From positions 95,792,001 to 95,856,000 of the forward strand of contig CM052816.1 in NCBI GenBank assembly GCA_028534125.1: 64,000 nt of DNA, read 5' to 3'. The DNA is from Lama glama (taxonomy: Eukaryota). Positions within the stretch are counted from its first letter, which is position 1, and every line of letters begins with the position of its first letter. The notes under the pieces were generated by a model. The model searched no databases. It saw nothing but the letters and a program-made list of their open reading frames with translations, and had not been told where the DNA came from. Positions 49,951-63,331 of this stretch are shown one piece after another. The position numbers and the translations under genes were made by a program.

Positions 49951-51064
49951 GCATCAGACGGTCCAATAGCATCAAATGCATCTGCTAAGCAAAAACAGAC
50001 TTCATTCTCCTGAAAGTGCCGATTAAAAAGTTCAGTTGGGACATGGAGTTGGTTATCATGAAAACTGGTGTGGATCACACCAGATTCGCCGGAAACCATG
50101 AAGATATTGTCTACATCCCATTTACAGATGCAGTACCAAGAAAAGATTGCAAACCACTGCCCCTCAGGGAGGAAAATCAGCCAACCCATCCTTAGGGACC
50201 TGTTCAAATTTCTGGTTTCTCAGTGAATGTTGATATAAAACCGCTCGCGCACACGGCATGTGTTGCGTGCAAGGCTCTGTGCTTGGTGAGAAGAAGTGTT
50301 TCAACGTGTAGGTCTGTCGTTCAAAGAGTAGAACCAGCCCAACCGTTGCTTTTACATGTTGACGTGAAGACAGTACTCTATCGGCCTTAAACAAAATAAT
50401 TTTTAAACAAATGATTATACTTACAGTAGAGGAACGAAAGGAATTCTGACTCTGAATTTGTTAATTGTTCCACCCTTTTGTGGCTAAAAGGCAACATTTG
50501 GTCTTTAGCTGAAACAGACATTAAACCATAAACCATTGTTCAGAAAGATCAATTTCCCCTGTTGTTTTAACTCCCTCATTTCTCCTAACCGTACAACGCA
50601 CATTTTTCCTCACTGACCTTCCAACACATTCCCAGCTTTCATGAGCTTTGTACTTCAGTTATTAAATTACAAAAGAAATGGAGCAAAAGCACTGAAATTT
50701 ATTTCTCAGAAATACAGCTGTGCTAGCAACGGGCGCCGCATGTGAAGTATGTCTCTTTCCCCACTTCTCCTCATCATGTTTCAGCAAATAAATCTGACTG
50801 TCTGGGGAACAATTTTGGTGTTAGCACAGAGTAATTCAAAACAGTAGGGGGTGGGAGACGCATAATTATGACCAGCAGAAGACGCGTTTGCAAAAGCTGT
50901 GCATGAAATGATTTAGGGAAAAAAGCTCTGCCCAAAGCCCAGAAAATCCTTCTGTTTCCCCCAAAGTACAAAGCATTCATTCTATTCTGCAGTGATTTGC
51001 ATGTTAACTCCATGAAACTATCTTTGTCTAAAATTATTCTCTGTCTGTTTGTCCTCCTCAGTAA

Positions 51065-51370
51065 TAATACATCAGGATTCATCCATTTATTTCTTCGTTT
51101 TTTGGGCAGAACAAGAGACAGTTCCTGCCGTGGTGGGACACATAAAAGAGGTCCGTATATTCCCACTTATTATGTGGATGGAGAGGGAACTGCAAGGCAA
51201 GCATGAGCAGGGAGGACCACATGTCCCAGTCTGCATGGTCATGGAAAGCTTCCTGGGCAAGGTGATGGCTGAGCTGAGTCTTAGAAGAGGAGATGATGCT
51301 GGTGAGATGGGGCAAGATGTCCTGGCCTGACCAAGGATGTGGAAGAGAAACAGGAAGGATGAGGAGTGTG
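51065..51370 (-). mobile_element. L2 3' fragment
   Basis: attcatccatttatt...aacaagagacagttcctgcc...ggtcatggaaagcttcctgggcaaggtgatggctgagctgagtcttagaag. Confidence 0.7.
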
Positions 51371-51379
51371 GGAAGGTGG

Positions 51380-51773
51380 GTGTCTGACTCTGCTGAGGCT
51401 ACCATAACAAAACGCCACAGACCAGGGGGGCTTAAACAGCAGAGATTTGTTTTCTCACGGTTCTGGAGGTTGGATGTTCATGATCGAGGTGCCATCAGGC
51501 TGTGTCTGGTGAGGGCTCTCAGCTTGGGTTGCAGATGGTTTGCCTTCTTACTGCATGGTCACAGGGCCTCCCCTCTGTGTTCCTGTGGACGGAGAGAGAG
51601 AGACAGAGAGAGAGAGAGGGACAGAGCACTCTCTCTTCCTCTTCTTATAAGGACACTCACCCCATCACGTAATCCTAATTACCTCACAAAAGCTCCATCT
51701 CCAAATATATCACACTGAGGGGCTGGTGTTTCAACTATATGGATTTTGGGGGGACACAATTCAGTCAATACTA
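51380..51773 (-). mobile_element. MLT1A-like MaLR solo LTR
   Basis: ggctaccataacaaaacgccacagaccagggggcttaaacagcagagattt...ctcttataaggacact...cctaattacctc...gggacacaattcagtc. Confidence 0.9.
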
Positions 51774-51774
51774 G

Positions 51775-52305
51775 TGTGTATATTAGTCAATGTTCTCCAG
51801 AGAAAAAGGACTATATATACATATACATACATATACATGCATGCACACACACACATACACACACGCATACACGCACACACACACAAACATATATATGAAG
51901 AGAGAGAAAAAAAGAATTGACTCACACAATGCGGGGGTTGGCAAGACCAAAATTTTTGGATAAGCTAACAGTTAGGAAATTCGGGAAAGAGTTGATGTCA
52001 CAGTCTTGAGTCTGAATTCCACACAGAAGGTCAGGTAGGTTGGACACTCAGGCAGGGTTTCCACATTGCTGTCCTGAGACCAAATTCCTTCTTAGTCAGG
52101 AAACCTCAATCTTTGCTCTTAAGACCTTCAACTGATTGGATGAAACCCACACCATGATGCAGAGCAATCTGTGTTACTCAAATTCACCAATCTGAATGTT
52201 TAGTAACATCTAAAAAAATTGCTTCACACAGCAACATTTTGACTACTGTTTGACCAAACAACTGGGTCCCACAGCCTAGCCAAGTTGACCCATAAAACCC
52301 TCGCA
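51775..52305 (-). mobile_element. MLT2 (ERVL) solo LTR with internal (CA/TA)n
   Basis: tgtatattagtcaatgttctccagaga...ggaaacctcaatctttgctcttaagaccttcaactgattggatg...gcctagccaagttgaccca. Confidence 0.9.
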
Positions 52306-52681
52306 GTGGGTGATGAGTCAAGGAGTGGTGAACACGATAAACCAGTGGTCTCAGGCTGGAGTCCAGAGAAGTGGACTGTGCTAATGAACCACTTATTGCC
52401 CTGTAGCTCTGGGGCAGATAGGCCCAGATGCCTAAGAGCACCAAGCAGATGAGATAAGTGGGTGAACTGAGATCTGCTTGTATTTCTTATACTTTGTTTA
52501 CATACAGAAATACACATGAGAACATTCTTTTTTTTTATGAAGAAAGATGCTCCCCCAATTTCTTTTTTTAATGTTGCATAATAAGACAATTTTAATATCA
52601 ATCCAATATTCTAGATTCATACTTTCTTACCTTCTGATTTCAGATTTCCAGGTAATAGGTATTTATTTTTTAAGAAGTCCT

Positions 52682-52847
52682 ATTTTTATTGAAGTGAATC
52701 AGTTTACAATGTTGTGTCAATTTCTGGTGTACAGCATAATGTTTCAGTCATACATATACACACAATATATCCTTTTCCATATTCTTTTTCATTATAGGTT
52801 ACTACAAGATATTGACTATATTTCCCTTTGCTATACAGTAGAAACCT
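52682..52847 (-). mobile_element. Short lineage-specific L1 3' end with TSD
   Basis: ttttattgaagtgaatcagtttacaatgttgtgtcaatttctggtgtacagc...ctatacagtagaaac; TSD gaagtcctattttt (52674-52687) / gacgtccaattttt (52848-52861). Confidence 0.9.
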
Positions 52848-53294
52848 GACGTCCAATTTTTTTTTTTAACAGAGACTTTTTGGTCTATTTTTTTTCTTAC
52901 CCGATTTTTGTTAGGGATGTAGGTACACGAGTATGTCTCTGTTATACCCCAAATAATGGTACCAACAGGGATAAAAAATGGCAACCATCATGTGTCCTTG
53001 TCAGTGTTGAAGCGATAATAGTGGAGGACACTCAGTGAATTGGAGAGCACCCACTTTTTAAAGGAAGCAGCTGATCTATTGGCTCAGTCCATGGTGTTCT
53101 GTGGACATGTGCAGCCAGTGTGGCCAGATGTTCTGATGTTTATGTGACATCTCTCAGTTTGAAATGTCAGTTCAAACTATTTAACTCTGTGTCAGTTCAA
53201 AATATTTAAACCAAAACCCTTCTGCTGGCAACACCAGGTCCTCTGCTCTAAGTTGTGGGGACTACTTACTTTTAAACAGGACAATTTCACGTTA

Positions 53295-53785
53295 ACTGAA
53301 TATATGACTTCATAACAAAGAATCTCCAAACTTAGTGGCTCAGAACAGCAAACATTTATTATCTCACAGACTCTGGATCAGGAATGGGGAGCAGCTCAGG
53401 TGGGTGGTTCTAGCTCAGAGCTTTTCATGAGTTGTTTGAAAATATGTCAGCTAAGGGCTTGCCTGGGGCTGGGGGATCCACTTTGAAGATCACGCACATG
53501 GTTGTTGGCAGGAGGCTTCGGTTTTCACTGTGTGGACTTCTCCATAGAGCTGCTAGCATCATGAGGACATGGCCCTGGCTTCCCCAGAGTGAGGGGTAAC
53601 AGAAACTGAGATGGACGCCACAGTGCTTTTTATAACCTAACCTCAGAAGTGACATCCTATCACTTCTGTCATCTTCTATTGGCCACCCAGACCACCCTTG
53701 GAAAACATGGGCTGGGTTACACATAGTGTGTATATCAGGAAGCAAGGATCATTGGTGGCCACCTTTAAGTATGGCTACTATACTA
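53295..53785 (-). mobile_element. MLT1F/G-like MaLR LTR
   Basis: cataacaaagaatctccaaacttagtggctcagaacagcaaacatttattatctcacag...ggttgttggcaggaggcttcgg...ggatcattggtggccacc...ggctacta. Confidence 0.85.
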
Positions 53786-54019
53786 AATACTGGGCTAGGA
53801 TTTATGTAGAGGGTATATTTGAAGTAGGGACTTTCTAGGAGAATATTGGTTCAATAGAATGCTGATGGAGGACTATTGCAATTAGAAGAAGGAAGAGAAG
53901 TTGAATTGATAAATACTTTAAAAATAAAATCATTGAAAACCTTTTGGCTGATTCAATGACTCATTTCTAATCAGTAAGGAAGTCTGATAGTATAGTAGGG
54001 GAATCTGGGTAAAATTTTC

Positions 54020-54352
54020 TATTCTGATAAAAGAAAAAACTGAAGAATAAAGGTAACTCCATTTCCCTGGCTTCTCCCTGAAATTCCTGGCTTTGAATAT
54101 AACTGTGTGGGAGCATGATGCATGGTGCTGTTGCAGTCATTTTGTGACAATGAGGTGACAAATCATTACGCTTAATGTGGTGGAGTGGAAGGCTGGACAG
54201 AGCCTCATTCAGACTCAGAGATAAGTCTGGTGATATTGCTGAGTTGCCAGTCAGTCCTAGAAATTCTTGTTACATCAACAATAAATATCTTAAGAATTGA
54301 AGGCACCATTAGTTGGGCATTCTGTTACTTGCTGCTCAAAGCATTCCTGACA
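54020..54352 (+). mobile_element. Old MLT1 (J/K-like) LTR 3' part
   Basis: ggtgctgttgcagtcattttgtgacaatgagg...agttgggcattctgttacttgctgctcaaagcattcctga. Confidence 0.65.
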
Positions 54353-57032
54353 TTTAGGGGGAGAGAGAAAGGCAGAAAGACATTTCAAGCTCTAGGGGTG
54401 ATTGATTTAAGGCTAGATGAAATAAAAACTATGCAAAGTTTTTCTAGTCCATATGGATCTGCTGAAATTTCCCTGCTTAGGGGACATCCACATGAAAACA
54501 GCCAGCAGGCGATGGTAGTCTACCTTCCTATTCCTGTGTCTGGCTTGATACTTCACACGTGCTAGGCCTTTAATTGGTTAATGTGTGCTGAGGAAGTGAA
54601 CGAATGGATGAAGGAAGGATGCTGAGGGCCTAAACCAAGGTTGCATTCACTGGGCTAGGGAAAAAAAAAACCACTTGTCTTTATTTTGTGACAAAGCTTC
54701 AATGTAGATGGTATGTGGCAGACCCCAGTGAAGTTTTTAACTGACATGTGTGAAAGTTAGACTATACAAAGAAAGAGACATCGCTGTGCATGAAAACGTG
54801 TTGTTCTATGAGGATGTCCATTTTCTGTTTCTTCCTCTCTAAGTGTATTTCTTTCAAAGGTAAGTTGCCTTTGAAGAAAATGGTAACTCCATTTTGGCAG
54901 AAGAAAACCACGTTGGAGAGGCGAAAATGAAGTGAACAAAATTGAACCTGCCATGTGGCACAGCATTTCAAGGATTCTTATTTGAGAACCAAAAGGAAGT
55001 GACAGTCTGTAGCCAAGCCATCCATATTACACGCTCACTCTCATTTAAGCTGAGTAGCCTGAAAGCCTCAAAGTGCCTGCTGGTCAGTTAACTTCATTTG
55101 AAGAATATTCCATGGGAGCTTCTCTTCTCCCCTTTGGACTTTGAAGTTTATTTCCATTTTCAAGGCTACTTTCAAATGATGACATACCCCTGTAGGAGCT
55201 AGAGTACAAAGACAGCATCTTAACCATCGAGTCATTTCTGTTCCCTCACTTTCAGGGGACACTAGAGATGAGGATTTCAGACGGAGGTTGCATGACTGAG
55301 CTCAGCCAGCAGCCCTGGGTAGAGAGCCCCAGGCAGAGAGTCACATGCAGTGCAGTGCAGTGAGAGGCTGGGAACAAACAGTGTGGTTTGGACCAGCAAG
55401 TGCCAAAGGGGTCTCAGTGGGGTCTTCACAGCTCTGGTACAATAGTTAATCTGAGTTACTTTGCTTCACTTCCATCCACAATCAGTGCCCTGGTTCCAGA
55501 ACGTTACACAGTGCCAAAACTCGGGGAGAGCTGGGCTGAGAGCTCCATGGGGGCTGTTGGAGCTTCACTTAGCCTTTGTAAGTGGTTACATCATGTAGGC
55601 AGGATCTCTGGTCCTCTAAGCTTGCCTGGGCTGTGGGAAAATTTGTGACGCTGTCTAGGGTCCTGAAGGATGAGGCCCAGACCTGCTCCACCATGGTTCC
55701 CTCTTGGGGGTCTGGCAGCTTGACCCGGCATCTGGGGGCACTTAGGAGATCTCTCTGTTCTCTTCATGCTCCTGCCTCCTCACTCCTCTCCCCAGCTCTC
55801 CCACCAGCCAGAGGGAATCTTTCCCTAGTCTTAAGGAAATCTTTCCCCTCTCATGGTTTTGGATATTTTGTCTCTGCCTGGAACTCACTCTTGGCTTTGG
55901 AGCAGCTACAAAGGTCTTGAGATCTTTCTGTCCTTTACTCCATCACATCTCACAGCAATAAGCAGAGTAATTCATAAATATCTGCTTGGATGGGAATTTT
56001 CTGGGAAAGAGGGAAATTAAAGTGAAAGAAAAAAAACTTGCATAAGAAAAAATAGCAACAGTTAGTATCTCAAAGTGTCTCCTTTAATGTCAGGACCTGC
56101 TTTTCCCAGTCCTGCTCGGTGGAGTCTCAAAATTTCACTACATTATTCATAAGCCAGGTCTTGCCAAGCCTGAAGCCCCCTCCCCACCAGAAGCCAGGTG
56201 TGCAACCTGCCTTCATGTGCTCCCCTCATGGCTGGGCAGAATGTGGTAAGACCTGAGCACCCAAATAGCTTCTGAGCTCTATTTTTCTGCCTTCCCTTCT
56301 CGTCTACTCAAAAACATCTGAGTCTGCACAACTTGACTTCTGTCTTGGTTTCCAGTAGTGTTTCCCCCTTGATGAGAGAGGTCATTTTCCCTAAACCCAT
56401 GCCTACTTGCCGGGAGCATGGCCATTCCTTCTAACGGTCACTGGCCAGGTCCCCACCAGTGCTTTGGGCTTTGCTCAGACTATAACAGAGCAGATGGGAC
56501 CCCAACACTCCAGGATTTGCTTTTCCCCCCATGTAGCCACTGGATGGTTCCTTGTTGTCTGTGTCTTGGCCCCCGTGGAGCCTGGCCTGGGCACTGGGGT
56601 TTGGGTTGCTAGTCTTGATGGCCAGGACAATCCCCTGGCCCCAAGGATGAGCATAGCTCAGCTTCCTCCTTCACCCCACTGCCCCAGGGTAGCCCCAGCA
56701 TTCCTTAAGTTGGGGTGACCACACTTGAATTGTTAACATGGGAAATGGTGCTAGTTTGTAGTAACAGGCTCGGAATTCTTTGTGGAGGGTTTGAGGAAGG
56801 CTTAAAACCAACGTCCATCTTCTGGACCCAAGTTCCGATGGAGTTCAAAACGTTACGTTTATTTCTAACAGAGCTGACCTTAGAGAATGTGCCTTAGGTA
56901 TGAGGGCCCAAAGGACTTAATAACATCTTCCCTCAAACCCTGACTGGACCTTGGAAAAGCCTGTCTACAGCAAGCTTGGTCCCTGTAGCGTAAACCCACT
57001 CACCCAGATCTCTGCATCTCACTGGGCCCAAC

Positions 57033-57132
57033 AGGGTGCCCACCGTGTCCCCAGGCTGTCCTGATTTAACACTGAAAGCCCTGTGTCTCAGAGAGTCTTC
57101 AGTCCCAGACACACTGGGGCACTTGGTCACCT
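57033..57132 (+). mobile_element. MER81 hAT-Blackjack MITE
   Basis: Terminal inverted repeats agggtgccca...tggtcacct; core gctgtcctgatttaacactgaaagccc...tcagtcccag. Confidence 0.8.
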
Positions 57133-57259
57133 GAGAGCCCCAGACGTCCCTGGGCTCAGGACAAGGTTGGCCAAAGTAATGATTAGGATTTGGAGGTTTT
57201 TAGAGACAATCAATAGGAACTGAATTTCAGTTTTGGGCTTCTCTTCACTTAATAGTAAT

Positions 57260-58070
57260 TAGGAGAGCAATATAAACACATTCCCAGGAAATAATTCAAA
57301 CAGGACAAAAGAGTACAGTGCAAAATCTGAAGGCATCCTCCACTCCCACCCCCATCCTTTAGATCTTCTAGCCATAAGCGGTGGGGGGTGGGAGGGCACT
57401 CTCAAGAGTTTCCTGGTGTTAGTCTATTAATGTTCAATGCATGTAGAAGCCTCTCTATACACGGGTATACGTGCATTACAAACAATTTTCCACATTTGTT
57501 CCTCGCAGTGACTCTGTTTTGAAGTTCCATCCCTGAAAACGCAAATAAATTTATTTAAATTTTAAAAAAATAACTCTGTGGTTTTCTTCTCACCAAAAAG
57601 CAATGTCCAGTTGGCCATTTGTGGATATTTAGTTTGTGCTTAGTTTCCTGCTGTCACAAACAACCTGCAGTGAATAAACGTGTAAGCATGTTTGTGCATA
57701 TATACCTGCTGGATGAATTGCTGGAAGTGAAATGGAGACACCACTGGGCATGTCCGCTTTACATTCTGCTAGTTTAGAAGTGTGCGCCGACGCACTGCAC
57801 CAATTTACATGCCCATTAGCAATGCGTGAGGATGTCTGTTCTCAAACTCTCATCATCTCTGGGTTTTATCAAACTTCTTAACCTTTGGCAATCTGATAGC
57901 AAAAAAGAAGCTGTACTTTTACCTGCATTATTTTAGTTATAAGTTAGGCTGAACCTCAGTTCACTTGTTGGCCTGAATGAATTGGCCACTAATGGGCCAC
58001 TTGTTTGATTTCTCTCTGTGTGTGTGGACTATGTTTTTTATATCCTCTGTCCATTTTTATCCCTCTTTTA
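57260..58070 (-). mobile_element. Ancient L1ME-type 3' fragment
   Basis: gctgtcacaaacaacctgcagtgaataaac...tgcaccaatttacatgcccattagcaatgcgtgag...ctttggcaatctgatag. Confidence 0.7.
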
Positions 58071-59029
58071 AAAACCTGCATGCTTCTACTTCTCTAAAAA
58101 AAAAATCTATGGTTTCAGGATGACTTTGTTTGCTTTCTTCATCATGCATTGCCTTTTGTTGTTTTGAGGGTCTTAACTATTTACATTTAAATACTTAAAT
58201 CTCACTGCAACTCGGGAGCAGGCAGCCTGCAGCCCCTGGGATCTATTTCACTTACTAAATTAGATTTATAGTATCTGAATTTTTCCTCAGTGGAGCTGTT
58301 GCTGCAGGAAGCAGATGAAGTACACGGGTCGATAAAAAAGAAGGTTCTCTAGGGAGGGGTAAGTTTTGAGGGAAGAAATGGTAATACAGAAAATCAGGAT
58401 GAACTAACATAAAACAAGAAGCTAAGGCATCCTTAAGCGCAGGGGCTCCAACCCTTATGATCTGAATTCAAATTTCATCTTAAGTTTCCTAGTTGCAGGG
58501 AGATCGCTGCATCTGGTTTTGTCCTGTAACTTCTTCACCTGTCCACCAGAGTGTCAATTAATATTTCCTATTTGATTTAAACAGAATGTAGTACAGTCAA
58601 AAATTTTCTAGACTAGAAATTAAGGGTACATTATCATTTGTGTGATTTTACTACAGATCAGCTTCGTGACTTGGAATGGAATCAGTTTCTGTTATGACAA
58701 AGTTGATTCTCTCAGCCCTAAAATCTTCATCTTATGGGATATTGTTCTCAGAGCATGAATTTCATCTAGTGGCTGAGACACTTCATCTTATAAGGAGATG
58801 AGCAAACTTTCTTTCTAAGAGTCCTGCCTCCTCATCCACTCAAATCTGACTTGGGGCAGTTGTGGGCACAGATGCAGTGTCAGCCCAGCTCTGATGGGAT
58901 TGCCAAGTTTCACCAAAGAGCTTCTTTCATGTTCTGAGGACTGTTTCACGGCTTCTCAGGGGCCTCTTAGGTTCTGCTCAAAGCTTGGCCATCCTAGCTG
59001 GCCAGGGATTGGTCTGCCTCATTCCTTGC

Positions 59030-59345
59030 AGTCACTGCTGCTGAGCGGGATGACTTTTGTGTATGTGTGGTTAGATCCCTTCTGCCTGGATGCTCCCCCT
59101 CTGGTCCCCATTTGGTCCTTGTCGCTTCCCCCCAGTTGGTGTTCTCATAGCTGTTCTACGAAGTGAGGGCTCCCTAACAGTCCTTTTACCAGTGTGATGA
59201 GCTCCATTGCTACAGCACTCATCACTGTTGTAGACTTATTTGTTCATTTTCCCCCCAGCCATCTCGTACGAGAGTCTGCGTCCCTACCTGACAGTATCAC
59301 ACCCAGACGCACCTTAGCCACACGCCAGCCACGCTTCCTGGTGAA
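59030..59345 (+). mobile_element. L2 3' fragment
   Basis: cccttctgcctggatgctccc...acagcactcatcactgttgtagacttatttgttc...agtatcacacccagacgcaccttagccacac. Confidence 0.55.
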
Positions 59346-60094
59346 CTCCTGGTGCCTCCTCCTCCTCCTTCTCCTCTTACTTCCAACGCCTTCTCTACCA
59401 AATAAGAACTGTCCTCTAGATGTTGGCAGTGGTGGGGGGTGCCCTTCATTCTGGTATTATGAGCACTGACTAGAGTTCCAAATCTCTATTGACACCTCCT
59501 CTCAGGAGACCAACCAAGTCTTCAAGCATATCCTGCACATGAGACTGGAAACAATCAACCGGGGCTTAGCTTTGTTTTTTCTCTCAGGCCATGATGTAAA
59601 AGGAGGTGTTATTTATTTAACGGGCCCTGTTCAGCGCTTCTCTGACTGGCCTCTCCCTTTCACCAGATCTATTTCCCCCTCTTTTCTCGAAACTTCCTGT
59701 TCCTTTTCCTTTCTTATCTCTGTTGGGTCCCCCAGCTCTGTTCCTTTTGTTTACTTCCCCCCGATACCTCCCTCACTTTTGTTGGCTCTCTTCATCACTC
59801 CACCATCCCTTTTAAACTGGCCTGTCTCTGGCATTGCATCCTTCTGCCCTCATCTCTTCCAGCTTGACGAGATCATCCTGGGCATTCTCACCTAGGCCAG
59901 TTTTTTAAACGACCAACTCATGTCAGTGAGCTCTTTTCATGTAACAACTCACTCTCATACACAGTGGCTTAAAACGATAATTATTTAACTCATAGTTCTT
60001 CTGATCAGCAATTTCCGCTGGGCTCAGCTGGTCAAGTGTCTGCGCACTTACAAGTTTCTGCTTTGTGAGTTTCTTTGTGTTTCCAAGGATCTGC

Positions 60095-60300
60095 CACATG
60101 GTTGTACACCCTTGGCACTACTGGCACTTGGACCAGATGATTCACTATTGGAGGAATTCTCTGTGCATTGTAAGGTGTGTAGCAGCATCTCTGGTCTCTA
60201 CCTGTTAGATGCTCGTAGCAATCCTTCTCCTCTGTGTGATAACCTCAGGTCTCTCTAGACACTGTCTCTTGGGGCTGGGTTGGGGGAATCATCCTTGATC
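60095..60300 (-). mobile_element. MER20 hAT-Charlie element
   Basis: cttggcactactggcacttggaccagatgattc...ctgtgcattgtaaggtgtgtagcagcatctctggtctctacctgttagatgc. Confidence 0.88.
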
Positions 60301-61497
60301 TGACCTAGCACAGTACCTGGAAGAGTGAGAGGTAAATAAACGTTTATTTACTAAGCAAATGCAGGTTTTATTCTCACAGGTGCAAAACTTTGAGAAGCAT
60401 TTGTCACTTGTGGGACAGACCTTTGATAGGTTCTTACAAGAAAGAATATTTAAAGGCTTAAAGGAAAGAGAGAAAGGAAGCAGCCTTCCAACTGGCTGAC
60501 TTGGAGAGATGAGAGGACACAAAGCACACAGTTCTAACAGTAGCTTCATGGTCAACATTCCTTCTAAAATTGTCTTGAGATGGGACATCTAAATTTTGTT
60601 TTGTTCTTCATAAAGTGACTCTTTAGCCACTTTTGTCTCCTGCAAGTCATATTCATATCATTCTACCAGAGACTTAAATTAAATTAAATTTAAAAACAGT
60701 TTATTCTAAAAGACTGTTTAATTTTTGAGAGACACATCATGAAAAGGAGCAATGTGATTGCAAGGAAGAAGAGAAATTTGTGTAAATTTGATTTGCAAAA
60801 TATTTAATAATCTTTCAAAACATGTAAAACATGTGCAAACCTGTTGTAATGAGAATTGGAAAAAAATTTCCCAATAGATGAAGAAACAACTTCACAAAAG
60901 TATGTGGAGTTAATACACATATAGGTATGCTTTAAAATTAGTATTTGTCAAATCATCATTGATTCTAATTTCCAGCTTTTAGGTTTCCTTTCGTTTATGT
61001 CTGTCTATTGATCATTAGTTCCTTGCTTCTCAGAGGAACAGGCATCTTGTTCCTTTGTCATTGTACCAAGTTATACTCACATGCAATATTAATAAGATAT
61101 TGAGGAAGACTTTCGAAACACCCAGTGTCATCCCATCACATTTCATTTTTCTTGTCACAAAAGTAGTTTGCTCCATGCAGTAACTCACAGTTACTCAACC
61201 TGGTCCCAGAAAAGCTAATGTTCATCATCTTGCGAGACGTACGAAGGGAAAAATCTTCAATGAAAAAAGAGTTCAGGGAAGAAAGACATGAATGTCATTG
61301 CAAGACTCCCTGTGTGGTGCATCCACCATGTTGTGAATGAAATTGTAACCCCTTTCAGCAAGAATTCCTCACCGCTCATGCACATGGGGAAATGTTTACC
61401 ACTTCTACTTTTGAGAGACAAGTTGGACAGTGCTGTTCACCTATATCGGAAGTGTTGAACACCCCCATCATTCCTTTGAGAAATGTTGTAATGTTCA

Positions 61498-61897
61498 TGT
61501 TACGGACTGAATTATGTCCCTTCCTTCCCCCAGAATTCCCATGTTGAAGCCTGAACCTCCTCCAGTACCACAGAATGTGACTCTATTTGGAATAAAAGTG
61601 TCTTTAAAGATATAATTAGGTTAAAATGAGGTCACCAATGTGCCTTAACCCAACATGATTGATATCCTCATAAGAAGAAGAAATTAGGATGCAGACACGC
61701 ACAGAGGGAAGACCATGTGAAGACAAGGGAGAAGACGGCCGTCTACAAGCCAAGGAGGGAAGCCTCAAGAGAAGCCAACCCAGCTGACACCTTGATCTGA
61801 AACCTCTAGCCTCCAGAATTGTGAGAATATAAAGTTCTGTTGTGAAAGCCACACCGTTTGTGGAATTTTATTATGATAGTCCTAAAAAACTCATATG
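61498..61897 (+). mobile_element. MLT1B-like MaLR solo LTR
   Basis: tgttacggactgaattatgtccc...cagaatgtgactctatttgga...gaagacggccgtctacaagccaaggag...tagcctccagaattgtgaga. Confidence 0.92.
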
Positions 61898-62044
61898 CTG
61901 TATTTCAAGTCTCTTGTGCAATGGCAAGATATAGATTTGAGTTCCTCAGAATGACCCCCTCCCAGTCTGTCTTTTCTATTATTTCCTGGACAACTACACA
62001 AATAGAAAACAAGGGCAAAGATAATAAAGGGCATCTCCATGGAG

Positions 62045-62051
62045 GTATGTA

Positions 62052-62082
<31 letters not shown>

Positions 62083-62106
62083 CACATATATATATAATAT
62101 ATATAA
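62045..62106 (+). repeat. (TG)n/(TA)n compound microsatellite
   Basis: Direct inspection. Confidence 0.9.
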
Positions 62107-63331
62107 ACTCCCTTCCGTCTATGCTAGTCTCTAAGTGAATTCTACATTGCTTAAGATCACAATTTTCATTATTTGTTAAATTGGACCCATAATGAAACTA
62201 GAGTAGACACATAGTTTCTGGTCTGGAAACCTCATTGTTTCAGAATTGTGAACTTGATGAATGATTCAATTTCAATGTTAGGAAACATACTGAATCAGGG
62301 TCATTTGAAAATCAACTCTCTTAGAATCTTGATGAGAAGATAGTAATAAAAACGAGAAAAAAAATCTCACTGTGTTCAGGATTGTATGCTTTAGTTTTGT
62401 TTGTTTCAGGCAGAGTGAAGTTCTGTTTTTCACACATTGGGATTAGGTTAAACACCAGAGTTTCTTTGGAGTTTCAAAGATACTAGCATAAATTCTCTGA
62501 GAAATGATGGGGTAGCTTTCTCTGAAGAACTCTGAAGAAAGGGGCTCAATCCTTTTCCATCAAAGATGCATGGTTGTGGTTCTTCCTTGGGCTGATGATG
62601 CCCCAGGGACCTGCTAACTTTAGGTTGATAGAAGAAAAAAGTGAATTATGGCTTCAAAGATGCTGTAGGCCTTTAGCTAACAGTGTCTTTGTAGAGGGCA
62701 AAGTAGTCAGGAATCAGAAACATCATGCTACAATTAAAAAAATATAGGCTTGTAAAGAGAAGAAAATCAAGGTGGCCGAGGGCAGTTTGGCCAAACATCA
62801 GAGCACTTGGTTTTCCCGTGAATTATTAAGGTCCACATGGGAAGCGTGTTTGAAGAGAGTTTTGGATGCCAGAAAAAAATCACAGAATCCCTGAGACCAT
62901 GTGAGTTTTGGCAACAGAATCCGACTTTGGCTTCCGATGTGAATCTCTGTTATTTGGTAGTGGCTCAAGGCATTAGGCACAAGTAATGAAACAGGACTGT
63001 ATCATTTCAACTCATATAAATCTTTGCCAGAGGAATAAACCATCCTGAGAAGTCAGAGAGCTACATCGGCCACATAGTAATGGGAGCATGAAAGCATCGA
63101 AGGGACCTGATTCATTCTGGGGATGTTCAGCTTCATCCCTTCGACTTTGGTTCCTAGAGTTAATTGCACCTCTGATTGGACTTAAGTGTTGGATCATTTA
63201 GTGTGTTTAAATGAAAACTAGATGCTTCTAATCATTGCATTTACTCTATAGTTTGAGGATAATTGTGAGAACAGATTTACTTCCACGTGTCTTGGTCTGT
63301 TCTCTCTGACTTCACAGTTTACCTGTTACCA

